DNA of 64,000 nt. It comes from Gekko japonicus (Eukaryota). The notes under the pieces are model-generated. The model was not told the origin of the DNA. It did not search any database and saw nothing but the letters and a program-made list of their open reading frames with translations. Positions 36,705 to 55,027 of this stretch are shown here, piece after piece (the first letter of the stretch is position 1; each line of letters begins with the position of its first letter). Made by a program: the position numbers and the translations under genes. The stretch is taken from assembly GCF_001447785.1 (NCBI RefSeq), contig NW_015167061.1, positions 2,724,140 through 2,788,139 of the forward strand. Direction: 5' to 3'.

Positions 36705-36900
36705 GCCCTGACCAGGATGGCCCAGACTAGCCGATCTCCTCAGATCTCAGAAGCTGAGCAGGGCCGGCCCCGGCTGGTGTTTGAACGGGAGACCCCCAAG
36801 GAAGACCAGGGCCATGATGATGACTCGGAGGCGTGACCCCGGGAACCTCTCCTCTTGCCTGGAAAGCCCGCTGTGGCTCCGTGGCACTTTCCGCCACCAC
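36705..36900 (+). mobile_element. 5S rRNA-derived SINE (SINE3-type), degraded
   Basis: CCGATCTCCTCAGATCTCAGAAGCTGAGCAGGGCCGGCCCCGGCTGGTGTTTGAACGGGAGACC aligns by eye to 5S rRNA (CCCGATCTCGTCTGATCTCGGAAGCTAAGCAGGGTCGGGCCTGGTTAGTACTTGGATGGGAGACC), followed by a non-5S tail. Confidence 0.75.
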
Positions 36901-37622
36901 CTTCCGCATAGGGATGCCTTCAGCATAGGGATGCTTAAGATACGTCAAAGCCAAGAAGGAGAGTGGGGGGAGCTGCCCTCCTGGGCCACTAGTATGCTGC
37001 CCTGAGAGCCCCCTGGGTGTGTGGGGGGGTGCGTGTGTCCGTGTGTTTTATTTATCCAAAATGTTTCTCCCCTGCCTTGTACACCACCCACAGCAGCTGA
37101 CATGAAGGTCTTTAAATGCTGAGCACAGATGAATCCCAGACATTTGGAAGTAGAGGGCTGTTTGTCTGTGGCCCGGTGGCCTTTGGGTGGCTGCCCCACT
37201 GGTCTTTCTGTGTGTCTGGTGGCCAGTAGGGTGTGGGGCCCCTTTGCCTCAGGACTGACTCATGGACTTCCCCCAGGGGGGTGATGCTTCCGTACCAGCG
37301 GAGCCGCTTTCTGCTGTGGTGCCTTTGAGCGGCTTCCAGCTTGCCTGGCCAGCAAGAAGCAGTAGCGACTGGCCCCGGCCTGTGCCGTCACGCTCCCCTC
37401 TAACCGGCTGGTTTGTTTTGTGTGTGTGTGTGTGTGTTTAGCTCTGCAGGGTGAGCGGCCTGCAGCTGCGGGTGGTTGACATTCTTGTTTCCCCTCTTCA
37501 CCCCAGGTCTTTCCTGCACTTCTGGTTGTCTCTGTTAGGAGGGCCACGCCCTTGTGGTTAACACCTGGGGCTCCAAAGTGTAACACCCTCCCTCCCGTTG
37601 GGGGCGCTAGACATTAATTTAA

Positions 37623-40600
37623 ATGGCGGCCGACCTGCCGGAAGCTGATCCCGCGCACCGTAAGGCGCTGGCACTCTTAACGGGAGCTCCCCTGGACAAG
37701 TTGAGCGAGGTAGGGGCTGACCCCTTCTCCACGCTGGCCCGCGGACTGGCCCTGAGCAGGGCTGCTCTCCTCTTCTTTCCCTGCTTCTAGGAGCCACGGC
37801 TGGGGCTGCATCGACCCCGCGCCCCCTTTAGGTGCAAACACTCTCCCTCTCTGCTGCTTTCCGGGGAGCCTCCCTCATCGGGTCCCTTTGCTGCCGCCGT
37901 CCTGAATGTCCTGAAGCTTAAAACGGCCTCCCTCTGGCTCATGCGAGTGGAGCGGGACGCTGGGAGCTGCAGTTCTGCTCTCTCTTGGGGGGGCTGAAGA
38001 ATGAGGGGGTCATGCTGAGGCTGCCCACAAGGGGTCTCCCGTCCTCTGCATCTGGCTGGGGAGCCCCCCTCCTTGACGGGGCTTGTGACACCGCACCCGG
38101 TTTCCCTTCCTTTCCAGAAGGCCGAGGACGGCACCATGCCAATCCGCAGGGCTGTGAATTCTGCTGCTCGGGAAACCCCTCCCAAAAGCAAGCCTGCTGA
38201 AGCGGAGGAGCCCAAGCCAGGTACCGTCGTCAGCCCCTTCCAGGCAGGGCCTCCCAGCCATCGAGGGCCAGGGGCTGACTGCCAAGGGCCGGGTGGAAGG
38301 GATGCAGGGGTGCAGCTTGACTGAGCCGCCCCCGGCTTTGTGGTGCTTGGGAGGGTGCTGAACGGCCCCGTGTGGCAGGGCGATCTCCGGGCAGCAGCTG
38401 CAGTCGTTTCCCCTGGTCTAGTCTGGGGCGTCTGGCCCTTTGCCTCCGGGTTGTGGGGGGGCTGTAAGTTGTCAGGCAGCCGGATGAGAGCTGGGCAGGC
38501 CCAGGTCCAAATCCTCCCTCCGTCCGCTGGGTGACCGCCTGGGAGCCAGGCACTTCTCTCTGTGGAACCGACCATGCAGGGCTGATGGGAGGAATGCAGC
38601 AGGGAGGTCCACGCGTGCGGGAGGGAGGGAGGGAGGGAGGAGCGGGATAACCACCACCAGGGCCCGGGGCACACCTGTGCGTTCTTGGGCAGCGCTGCTT
38701 CGTCCCCCAGACACACAGCGTGCGCGCTGCCCTTTTCGCCCACAGATCCCGATGTCAGTTCAGAAGAGTCTGCCTCCACTGTGGAGGAGCGAGGGAATGA
38801 AACGCCTCCCGCCACGTCGAGTGAGGCGGAGCCCCCCAAGGAGCCCGAGGCCGGAGAGAAGCCTGCCGAGAAGCCTGCCGAGGAAGCCCAGAAGGAGTAA
38901 GGAGGAGCGTGGCCTCCGGGGGTGGGGAGGGGGCCCCTGTGTCATCAAAGTGATGTCTTTGGGGAGAGGGGAGGCCAGGGGCTCAGAGGAGGCTCCTGGG
39001 AAGCGCTGGAGAGCGAGCCGGGGCCAGTAGGCATGGTTGATTTCCTAACCACCCTCCTCAGTGCTCAGGCGGTTCACGAAAAATGAGGTTATTAGTAAAC
39101 GAGGCAGAGACGCAGGGCTCAGTTCCAGGAGCGTAGTTGGGAGCAGCAGAGCCCCCGGAGGCCAGAGCTGGCGCTGCAACGTCAGTGTGGCGGCTCCCAA
39201 GGCAACACTGCCACCACTCTGCAGCCACAGCTCTGCTTCACTTCCCTCGCCCTTCCTCACACAGTGCATGCCCGTGCTCCCAGGAACACTCAGCAGTGGA
39301 CGTAGGACTAGAATTCAGGCCTCCCGCTGCGCAGAGGAACAGGCCGAGACCCCCAGCCTGGACTAAGACCCATCCAGGGGACCCCAGTCCTGTGCGTCAG
39401 CCGGACCAGAGCTCAGCACCAGCCTGGCAGTCTGGAAGGTGCAGGGGAAGGGGGTCCCTGGCTGTGGTCCTCCTGGAGTCTAGGGCTGAGGAGCGAGGTG
39501 TGTGTTTGCACCGACAAATGGGGCCGCTTCTCAAAAGAGGCACATGCCCGCCTCTCCAGAAGCAGGGCGCCCCAGGGAGCTCCTGACTGCGCCCTGCCCG
39601 GCTGCGCTTCCTCCCCCCTGCCGTGTTTCCTGGGCCCCTTCTCACACAAGCAGTCACTGGGGGCAGGGGAGGGGTCAGACGGACCTGGAGCCGCAGCTGC
39701 CTCCCCCAGCCTTCCCTTGGGGCTCCGGGAACAGGGCCACATGCCAGGCAGCAGAGGCCGCGTTGGGCTCTTTGCGTCTTGTTTTAGCCATCGTGGAGAT
39801 CTTTTCCGAGCAAGCGGTGGGATATTATCATTTTAAATAAATTGATAGAAGGGGATATAATTATTTTAAATAAACAGATAGGGAGGGGGCGGGTTTGGCA
39901 GGGGGAACGCTGTCAGTATGGCCAACCCTTTTGCAAAGAGAGACGCCCTCGGAGGGGAGGGGCCTTGGCTCCGGGGTAGAGCCTCCTCTGCCTGGCACGC
40001 GGGAGGTCCCGTGCTCCGTCCCCGGCATCTCCAAGCGGAAAGGAGCAGGGGGCGGGAGGGGAGGTGAAGGATCCTCACTTAGCACCCTGGAGAGTCGCTG
40101 CTGGCCAAAGCAGGCAAGGCTGTCCTTGGTGCGCCGAGGGTCTGATGCGGGAGAAGGCCGCTCCAGGTGTGCTCCTCGCGTGCGTGTCTGTGGGATAGGC
40201 ACACAGAATTAACAGGCAGTGGAACAGTTTGCTGGGATTCCTCCACGGAGCATCTCAGGTCCCTTTTCTGTACCGTTTCTTTTGAAAATCGTTTTGCTAA
40301 TCTTATCCTTTTGGCATTCAAAGTCACATCTTGGGGATTCTTAAAGGAGAAATAATTTTGACTTCTAGCTCCTCGTAAGTAAAATTGCCAGGCTAGGGGT
40401 GGGTGGGATATGAGCCCCACGGAGCAGAGGTTGGGTTTTTTTGGGGGGGGGGGGGGGGGGGTTTCGCCCAGGTGCGGCGGTGCTTCGATCCAGTCGTATG
40501 TATTCAAGGACTTCAAGGGCAAGATCCTCGGGGGAGAGGACCTCTGCCTGACAGCCGCTCTGTCTCTCTTCCTCGCACAGGGAGAAGGATCCAGCGAAAG

Positions 40601-42210
40601 AGAAGGAGAAGAAAGTGAAGAAGACCATCCCCGCCTGGGCCACCCTCTCGGCCAGCCAGCTAGCCAGAGCGCAGAAGCAGACGCAGATGGCGGCGTCCTC
40701 CCGCCCCAAGATGGATGCCATTCTGATCGAGGCCATTAAGGCAAGCCTGGCCGGCCCGCACAGCGTTTGGGGCCTTTGCGGGGGGGGCAGGACCCAGCCG
40801 GGGCTCGGGAGAAGGGCTGGGGCCTGCGCCAGAACGTGGCCCTGCCGTCAGAGGGGACGGGAGCCGCAGTGGCAGTGCAGTGTGGCCACCCCAAGGACCC
40901 CGGCAGTGGGGCGAGGCTGCATGGGGGCCAAGGCCGGCATCAGCCCCCCCTCCCCCCCGCGCGCAGGATCCTTCTCGCAGGCAGACCAGTCTGAATCCCG
41001 CCTGCCTGGATGGAAGCGTAAAGAATCCTTCTGTCTGGAAGGGGGCGTTTCTAGAACAGCATTGGCTGGACAAAGGCCACCCTTTCCATCTCTCCTGCCT
41101 TCCCAGCCTCCTAAAAATAGGTCTAATTAGGACTGAGTCGGATCACAGGAAAGTGTTTTGTGAAAAGCTTGAACCCCACGAATGGCACCCCCTGTGGCAG
41201 CCTTCCAGAATTCCTGTCAAAATGCCTCTTTCTGTTCCTGTGCGAACAGATGCTGTTAGGTAGCTGGGAAGCCCTTCCCCAAGTCCAGTGTCACTGATGC
41301 CCCATTGGCACAGTCCTTCGTTTGCCACCAGTGGCCTTGGCACGCAGCCACGTTCTTCTGACCACTCAGCCCCCCTGCTTCCCCCGGAATGGGAAGAACA
41401 GCCATTTGAAGGGGGGGGGGGGAATGAAGCAGCTGATTAGGCAAGGAAGAAACCGGGGTGGGTGGGTGGGTGAAATTTGGGCCGTGTTTTGGTTCCCCTC
41501 CAGAATTCTTCCTTTCATCCTGAAAACGTTTGGTGTTGAATGTTTGGCTCCAGCCTAGTTCCCAGCCCGTTAACGGGCCGGGTCTCTTGCAGGCATGCTA
41601 CCAGAAAGGTGGGGCGTCGGTGGTGGCCATTCGGAAGTACATCATCCACAAGTATCCTTCGCTGGAACTGGAGCGGAGAGGCTATCTCCTGAAGCAGGCC
41701 CTGAAGCGAGAGCTGGAGCGGGGAGTCATCCGACAGGTGAGCCGAGGGAGAGCTTCCGGGGGCCAGTCCCCTCAGGCCAGGGGCGGGGGGCCAGTCTCTG
41801 GCCAGGGACCAGCAGCGCCATCCCCGGGGCCGCCAAGGAAGGGCAGTGTGGCCACAGTGGATGGGACTGGGCTGCAAGTCACACCCAAGAGGGGGTGGGC
41901 AGCTTGTCAGCGCAGCAGCGTCCTGGCTGAGAAGAGAGAGAGGGCGTCGGAATGTCCGAAACTGGCCCGAAGGGTTCCGGGAGGCAGCCATTTGTCACTT
42001 AACGTATTTGTTACTCTGTCGCCCACCTGAGAAGTCCGTGGCTGCTATCAAAAGCATTAAACATTACACAGATCAAAGAGGGCAACAGAAGGCAGAGGAA
42101 AGGCCCTGTGCCCTTTCCCACACGCATCCTGTCTTGCTCCCTGTTTAGAGAGACTTTGCCCATGTTCCTCCCAACCTTTCCTCCTAGAAGGTCTTACCCC
42201 GGTTGAATGG

Positions 42211-42271
<61 letters not shown>

Positions 42272-45200
42272 AGGTGAAAGGAAAGGGGGCCTCTGGGAGT
42301 TTTGTGGTGACCCCAAACTCAGGGAAAACGGCTTCAAAATCCAGAGATCGGAAGGTGAGGCTGCAGAAGACCTTGTGTGATGAAAGCATTCTGCTCAGGG
42401 CTTTGCAAGAGCGCCTCGAGATCCACCTGGGGAAGGTCTGCTGTCCCTTCGGGAGCTCTGCCCTCCTTCCCACCCAGAGGTGGCAGCGCTGGTGCGTGGG
42501 GCAGAGGGGGCTCGTGGTGACTGTGCCTCACGGTCGGGCTCTCACCTCTGGGACACGAGGGGCCATCAGTTTCGGAAGCAGTCCGTTGATGGTGGGTGCC
42601 TTGAGGACTTGGGGGAAACAGCTGACATGCCTCTCCCTCTCCTCTCGGACGTATTCCTGGAAGGGAAGAGAGTACTTGGAATGTGCTGGCCAGCTAAATG
42701 AGGGGTGGCTTCAGGGCTGTGATGGTTGGGGGGGGGGGGGCGTGTTCTGCCCAAAAGGAGCCTGGCACGGCCACCCTCTTCCACCTCGTTTTGCTTGACT
42801 GCGTGATTGGTTGGGTCCAAAGGGACGATGGGAGTGGAAGGAGGAAGCCAAGCCCAGGACTGAGAGTGCTGTGGGGCGCTTGAGGGCGAGGGGTGTGGGC
42901 GGCCATTTGGCCAGCAATGCCTGTGGCTCGGTCAGCAGCTCAGAAAGAGAAACGGGGGCGGCACGTCTGTCTGTTGCCCCCTGCATGCCTGCATGGCAAA
43001 GGGTGTGACTCTCCTCCTTACTGTTGGCTGTGGCATTTGGGCCTCTAGAAACTTGATGTCCTTTCTTCTCAAAGGACAGCAAAGGGCTGGGCTGTTCTGT
43101 GCAGAGGACGCCCGAGTCCTTCTACTTGCTGAGGAAGGCGTGTGGCTGCAGGCGCACCGCGTGGGTTTATGGGCCCCCGGGAAACCTGCCCAGAGCAACT
43201 GCCGGGGTTTGCCTGGAAGCAGTCCTTTGGGCACCCGCTGGCTCCTGCCGTGGTGGGTCCTCCTCACGGAGAGCGTCTGCCCTGCCTTTCAGAGGAGCGC
43301 CTCGGTCGCCAGCCCGGAACAACCTGTGAAGCTGGAAGACGTCCTCCCACTGGCCTTCACCCGCCTCTGTGAGCCCAAGGAGGCCTCCTACAGCCTGATC
43401 AAGAAATACGTCTCTCAGTATTACCCCAAGCTGAAGGTCGACGTCAGGTAGGCGGGGGGGGGGGGGGCATCGCTGGGGGCCNNNNNNNNNNNNNNNCTTT
43501 GGGACGGCTGCGCTTCATACCAGCAGCAGCAGCCTGGCATTGCCTCTGCACCTGAAACGGAGGCCCTGGTGCTGGAAGAGAGCACCTTTGAGATGGTGCA
43601 GAGCAGCCTGGGCATAGAAGACTGCCACGGGACCTCCTTCCCTTCCCGGAAAGGGGCTGCTGAACTCTCTTCTGGGCTCATGGGCAAGTGCCCAGCTGTG
43701 CTTGCGCAGACACTCCTTCCGCGCAGAGAGGCTCCTCTCTGGCCTAGGTGGGGGGCAAGGGCCCGTGGCACTCCCTTGGGGAGGGCACAGCATCCGACGG
43801 ACAGCTGGCGAGCTCTGCCGGACGGTCCACCCACGGCTGCCGGTGCACAGTGGCCACCCTGAGCTCCCAGAGGCCCGTAAGCCCCGTGCAGCAGTCACGG
43901 TTTTCACACGAGCCCCAACCAGCTAGAATGGGAAGCGTTGTGCATCCGCCCGTGGGGGTTACATCGGCCATGAATGGACCCGTCTTCCAGAGAGGCCTCT
44001 AGTCCTTTTCTGAAGCCAGGGGCGCCAGGGGCGCTTGCTGCATCGGCTGTCAGTGAGTCCTGCAGGTCTACCCTGCGTTGCGTGAAGGTCCCCTTCCAGC
44101 TTTCCCAGCGAACTGCCCCGCCTCAAGTGACCCCCTCATCCTTGCCTCTCTCCGGCAGGCCCCAGTTGCTGAAGAATGCCCTGCAGAGAGCGGTGGAGAA
44201 AGGCCAGCTGGAGCAGATCACCGGCAAAGGGGCTTCCGGGACATTCCAGGTTAGGAGCCAGGCCGCATTTGCCCTCCCCGGATGGGAGGCCCGGCCTGCT
44301 CTGGGAGACCTCCCACCCCACCCCACCCCCCCACCCCAGCTGATTTGCCTTTGCCCACCAGCTGAAGAAGTGTGGGGAGAAGCCGCTGCTGGGGGGGAGC
44401 CTGATGGAGGACGCCATCCTCTCTGCCATCGCAGCCATGAACGAGCCCAAGACCTGCTCCACCACGGCCCTGAAGAAGTATGTCCTGGAGAAGCATCCGG
44501 GGACAAACTCCAGCCTGCAGGGTAGGAAGGCCCCCTTCTCCCCCCGAGCTCCCGGAGGCCGAGGGACGTGGGGAACAGCTGCCCTGCCCCAACCCGACCC
44601 TCGCTGCAGCGGGGCTTCTGGCAAGGGGCCCGGGCTGCCCTGTCCCCTTGCCTGCCACGGTGGCTCCGTGACCCAGGGACAGCAGCTGCTGCTGCTTCTG
44701 AACGGTGTTTGGAAGGAAGGACCGTTGGGAGGGAGCAGACGCTTGTGCTCATGCGCACACCCCTCCCCCCCCTTTTGTCCTCTGGGCCTGCGGCTCTGCC
44801 CACGCCTCCCCGTTCTCGGGTCTTAAAATAGCTGGGTTGTGTGCGCACGGGTCCTGCGGAGAGAGCGGCGTGCTAGCCCGAATGTGCCATGTGTGCTTTG
44901 AACTCAGGCGTTTGCTGGCAAGTTCTGCAGGGTACTGGAAGCCACCAGCTCCTTCCGAGAAGCCCTTCTTTCAGTGCGGCCTCTCCTGTTTGCCGCACGA
45001 GGCCCGTGGGCAGCGGAGAGCACAGTCTGTGCCGGGATCGCTCCGGCGTGGCGCTGCCTGGCGGAGCTGCATTGGGGGAGTGAGTGGGCGGCAGCAGCAG
45101 CAGAAGCAGCCTTTTACGCAGGGAGCCTTCTATACGAGGAAGGGATGTGGAGAGAAAGGCACAAAGCCCAGGAGCCAGTTCGGACTCTAATCTGGGAGAA

Positions 45201-46881
45201 CCGGGTTTGATTCCCCACTCCTCCACTCGCACCTGCTGGTGTGACCTTGGGTCAGTCACAAGCTCTGACAAGAGCTGTCCTTGAAAAAGAGCAGTTTCTG
45301 TCAAGAGTTCTCTCAGCCCCACCCACCTCACCGGGTGTCTGTTGTGGGGAGGGGGAGGGGAAAAGAGTCTGTCAGCCGCCCTGAGACTCCAAGTGAAGGG
45401 CTATGGGGTATAAATCCAGTCTCCTCCTTCTCCAGCGGCCAAAAACCCCAGCTCCGTGACGATGGGCCAAATTCTGACCTTGCAGCCCTTCTTGCCACCA
45501 CCACCCCCCCCCCCCTCCCCAGGGATGGTTCCTTCCTTCCTTCCTTCACGTTTGCTGCGAGGGGAGCGCGGGAACCCGTCCAGTCTGGACTGTGGGGTCA
45601 GCTTCCGGAGGGGCTTTGGGGAAGGGGCCAGGAATGCTCCCGAGAGTGCACAGGCCGGCCTCGGGGCAGGAGAGTTTGGCTGGGGTGACCCCCCCCCCCC
45701 CCCCCCGGGCCCCCCCGCCCCCCCCCCCCCCCCGGGGCCCTTCCTCCTCCTCCTGTCCACATTTGGTCCTGCTCGGCTTCACGAGAGCCACTGAGCTCTT
45801 CGAATCTGGGCAGTCCTGGTTTGGGTTTTTGTTCCCTTCCTCTGTGGCACGCGCCTGTGTGTGTGCCTGGCCTTTCCTTCTGGCTCAAGGCAGCGTGGGC
45901 GGCAGAGGTGGTGGCAAAAGGTCCGGCCGGTCTGGTCACACACACCCCTCTCCTCTGCTGCTCTCTCCCCCGCCCTGCAGTCCACCTGCTGAAGAGGACC
46001 CTGCAGAAGTGCGAGAAGAATGGCTGGATGGAGCAGATCTCCGGGAAGGGCTTCAGCGGCACCTTCCAGCTCTGCTTCCCTTACTACCCCAGGTGAGGGC
46101 CACTCTTCCGGGAAAGGGCCATGGGCCAGGCGTGGAAAGGGCCATGGGGCAGGGAGGGCTGCCTGCCCCCCCCCCACGGACTCGGGGGGGGTGTCGCCAC
46201 CAGAGGTGGGGGGTGCTTTCATTCATCTCAGCGTCCCCTTCCCCCAACCCCCATTCCCGGAGGAGGAGTCCGAGGAGGAGGAGTCTGAGGAGGAGGAGTC
46301 TGAGGAGGAAGAGCCCCCTCCAAAGAAAAGGTAGGAGGCCCACAGGGGTGGGGGCTGGGTCGGATTGCCGGCTGCTTCCTCGCCAGCACCAGAAGACAGC
46401 GGGATTATCCTCCGGGTTAGGCCCTTGGAGTGAAGTAGTAAAAACCAGCAGGGCTCCCTTTGAGTCTCTCCATCAAAGAGACATGGGAGAAGATGTGGGG
46501 CACACCAGGAAACCCCCCCCCCCCCCCCCCCATGTTTGCGACTCCGAGGCTGAAATCCTTTGCTCCCCTTGCAGGGTGCAGAAGCGGCCCCCGCCGAAAG
46601 CCCGGAGCAGGGCCCCTCCGGTGAAGCGGCGAGAGGCCAAGCCCAAGCCACGCAAGGCCCCTGCGGCGCACCGTGGGAAAGCCCGGCCCCCGCCCGTGGT
46701 CAAAGCCCCTGCCAAGAAAGCCAAGCCCACACACCCCCGGGCTGCTGCCAAGAAGCCCCCCCGCAGCCCCAGCAGCAGTCCCACCCCTAAGAAGCCAGTG
46801 GTCAGCCCCAGGAAGGAGGTGAAGCCCCCCGCCAAGAAGAGCAAGCCCACCATGCGCAAGTCCCTGAGGGTCAAGAAGTGA
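37623..46881 (+). CDS. HP1BP3: Heterochromatin protein 1-binding protein 3 (three linker-histone H15 globular domains, Lys-rich tail), about 549 aa
   Basis: Coding exons 37623-37709, 38118-38220, 38746-38896, 40581-40740 (GC donor), 41593-41736, 42274-42354, 43293-43447, 44159-44249, 44362-44521, 45981-46092, 46232-46330, 46575-46881; total 1650 nt, phases consistent. Peptides KKTIPAWATLSASQLARAQKQ, GKGASGSF, GKGASGTFQ, GKGFSGTFQLCFPYYP, C-terminus TMRKSLRVKK. Confidence 0.96.
42215..42268. repeat. (CT)n microsatellite forming the polypyrimidine tract of an HP1BP3 acceptor
   Basis: About 27 CT units directly before GTTAG|GTG at 42273/42274. Confidence 0.95.
45170..45430 (+). mobile_element. 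tRNA-derived SINE (Squam3-like), head partly deleted
   Basis: High similarity to 30886-31180. Confidence 0.8.
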
Positions 46882-47654
46882 GCGCTCCTCCTCCTCCGGG
46901 TAGAGGGGGGCTGCCTTCTTGGGGAGGGCTTCCCCCCCCCCCCCGCACACACCTCGAGTTGCTTTGTATGGTCGAAACACATTTGTACCTTAGTTTGATG
47001 ATGCTTACATCTTTCTCTCTCTCCTTTGTCCTCCCCCCTTCTTTGAGCTGGGGAGAAAAGCAGAAGCTCCCCGTGGAGCCTGCAGTCCCGGCCTTTCGGT
47101 GAGCTCTCTTGGTTCTGAGCCCTGCCCCCCCCTTCCTCCTGCCCTCAGAACCCATTGCCAGGAATGCAGGAGGATCCCCAGAAGCAAACACTTGTCTGTA
47201 CAGGGTGCGGCTGGGCTTTGGAAGCCGGCTGCAAAGAAGATTTCTATATTTCTAGAACGTGGAAGCCGCTCCCTGGGGAGACAGAAGCCGCTGCCAAGGG
47301 GAGGCCGCCTTCCGCTTAGGGACAGGCCTCCTCTGAAAAGGGGGGGGCTGCCCCCCCTTACTTTTGTTAGCGCCTTTCGTTGTGTAGCTTAGTGGCCCTC
47401 CTTCCTCCCCCTCCCCAGGAGTCACTGTCCCCTTAAAAACCAAGCTGATATATTACAAAAAAAAAAAAAAATTCTTGAACCCACCTTTTGAAACTTGTTC
47501 TTTTTTTTTCTTTTTTTTTTAAAGAGAGAGATGAGGAATCTGAGTCTTTGTCACTTGTTGCCCCCTTTTTTAAAGGAAAAAAGCATAAGAAATGTCAGAG
47601 AATTATCTGATTGCTAACGTAGAGCCATTAAGTAAGGAACCTGCTGTTTGCTAA

Positions 47655-47660
47655 AATAAA
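47655..47660 (+). terminator. Candidate HP1BP3 polyadenylation signal
   Basis: AATAAA at the end of an AU-rich block about 770 nt after the stop codon. Confidence 0.55.
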
Positions 47661-48697
47661 AACAAGATTCCAAGGCCTGGTTGGCTGTGTCTTTGGGGAC
47701 TGAAGGGAGGGGGAGGCTGTGGGGCGGCGGCTGCTGCTGCGGGGCACCTCTGGGCCAGGAGCAAGAGGCCCCAGAGACTGGCTTGGGGGCCAGCAGGCCA
47801 GAGGCGGGGGGCAGAGAGGGCAGCTGCAGGGGGGCCTCTGCTGAGAACTCGGGGCGGGAGGGGGGAGTCTCTGAAGAGCTCCCCAGCTCTGACCACCAGG
47901 GAACCACTGGGCCATCCTGGCATCACTTGCTCAGGGGCAGCAGACGGCAGTACCTGCTCACCTGTCACACAAGCCCAGAGGCGTGTGGAGCAGCGGGGTG
48001 CCATCCTTAAGGGCAGGGAACGGTCAGCAGAAAGTGGCTCTGCCACCTTGCCCTGCTTCCCTTCCGGGCTGGTGTTCTGCGGGCAGCTGCCCTGTTCTGC
48101 CTGCCTCGATGGCCCGGCTGCTCCAGTCCATCTGTTCCTCTTGGCTGGGCTCGGCTCCAGGTGTTTCATACCCAACCGGCAGCCTTTCCCCGAGGGAAGC
48201 CATCTTGCCTCTGCATCGTTTCTGGGAGGGAGGGAGGGAGGGGTCTGGTGCTGCTCCTGGGAAGCAGGTGGCTGCGGAGAGGGATGGGTGCCGGTCCCGG
48301 GCCGGCAGCCGCGGGCTCCCTCCTCCTCGGTCGCGGGCAGCCCCACAGAGGCGCGGGGGGGGNNNNNNNNNNNNNNNNNNNNNNNNNNNNNNNNNNNNNN
48401 NNNNNNNNNNNNNNNNNNNNNNNNNNNNNNNNNNNNNNNNNNNNNNNNNNNNNNNNNNNNNNNNNNNNNNNNNNNNNNNNNNNNNNNNNNNNNNNNNNNN
48501 NNNNNNNNNNNNNNNNNNNNNNNNNNNNNNNNNNNNNNNNNNNNNNNNNNNNNNNNNNNNNNNNNNNNNNNNNNNNNNNNNNNNNNNNNNNNNNNNNNNN
48601 NNNNNNNNNNNNNNNNNNNNNNNNNNNNNNNNNNNCCCCGGGCCGGCCCCCGCGGGTGCTCCCCGGGGCGCGCGCCCGCCCGCCGGCCGAAGCAGCC

Positions 48698-54559
<5,862 letters not shown>

Positions 54560-55021
54560 CACTTGGCAAAGGGACTCCTGGATCATCATTTGCATCATCC
54601 ACGTAGAACCGTACAGACTGTTTTGTGGTATATCCAAGCTGCATCACGCTTTCCTCTTTCTGGCTAGCCGTGTGGTTCTGGTGTGGTACAGATCCTCCGT
54701 GGTGTGGGTCTAGTTTCAGCTTAGTAGAATATGAATGTCCATCGCAAACTTGTCTTAACCCTTCTAGCCAAAGGCTTCCAGCACCTCACCGCCATCTCTG
54801 GGCAGTAAGGAGTGGTCAACACCCTCTTCATTGTTCTAGTAATTCAGGGAAAGATATCATGTTAACCTCAGCTGTAGAAGATTCATCATCACTGATTAAT
54901 TACTTTTGGTAAGAATAATTCTCAAGGCTTGTGGTTATAGTAAGCTTTCTCTCTCAGCCAGTTCATACGTTTGCCTTTAAGCCCTACCCTTATATTTTTA
55001 AATTGGAGTATGAGAAGGAGC

Positions 55022-55027
55022 AATAAA
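55022..55027 (+). terminator. Candidate SH2D5 polyadenylation signal
   Basis: First AATAAA after the stop at 54559. Confidence 0.5.

Noticed and set aside
36730-36815. Functional 5S rRNA gene
   Set aside because: Many substitutions, an incomplete 5' end, no oligo-T terminator and a SINE-like tail.
37787-38839. 350-aa antisense ORF over HP1BP3 exons
   Set aside because: GC-rich composition and antisense shadow of coding exons; no domain or splice support.
45592-46881. 429-aa ORF as a separate gene
   Set aside because: It is GC-rich intronic read-through into the last HP1BP3 exon.
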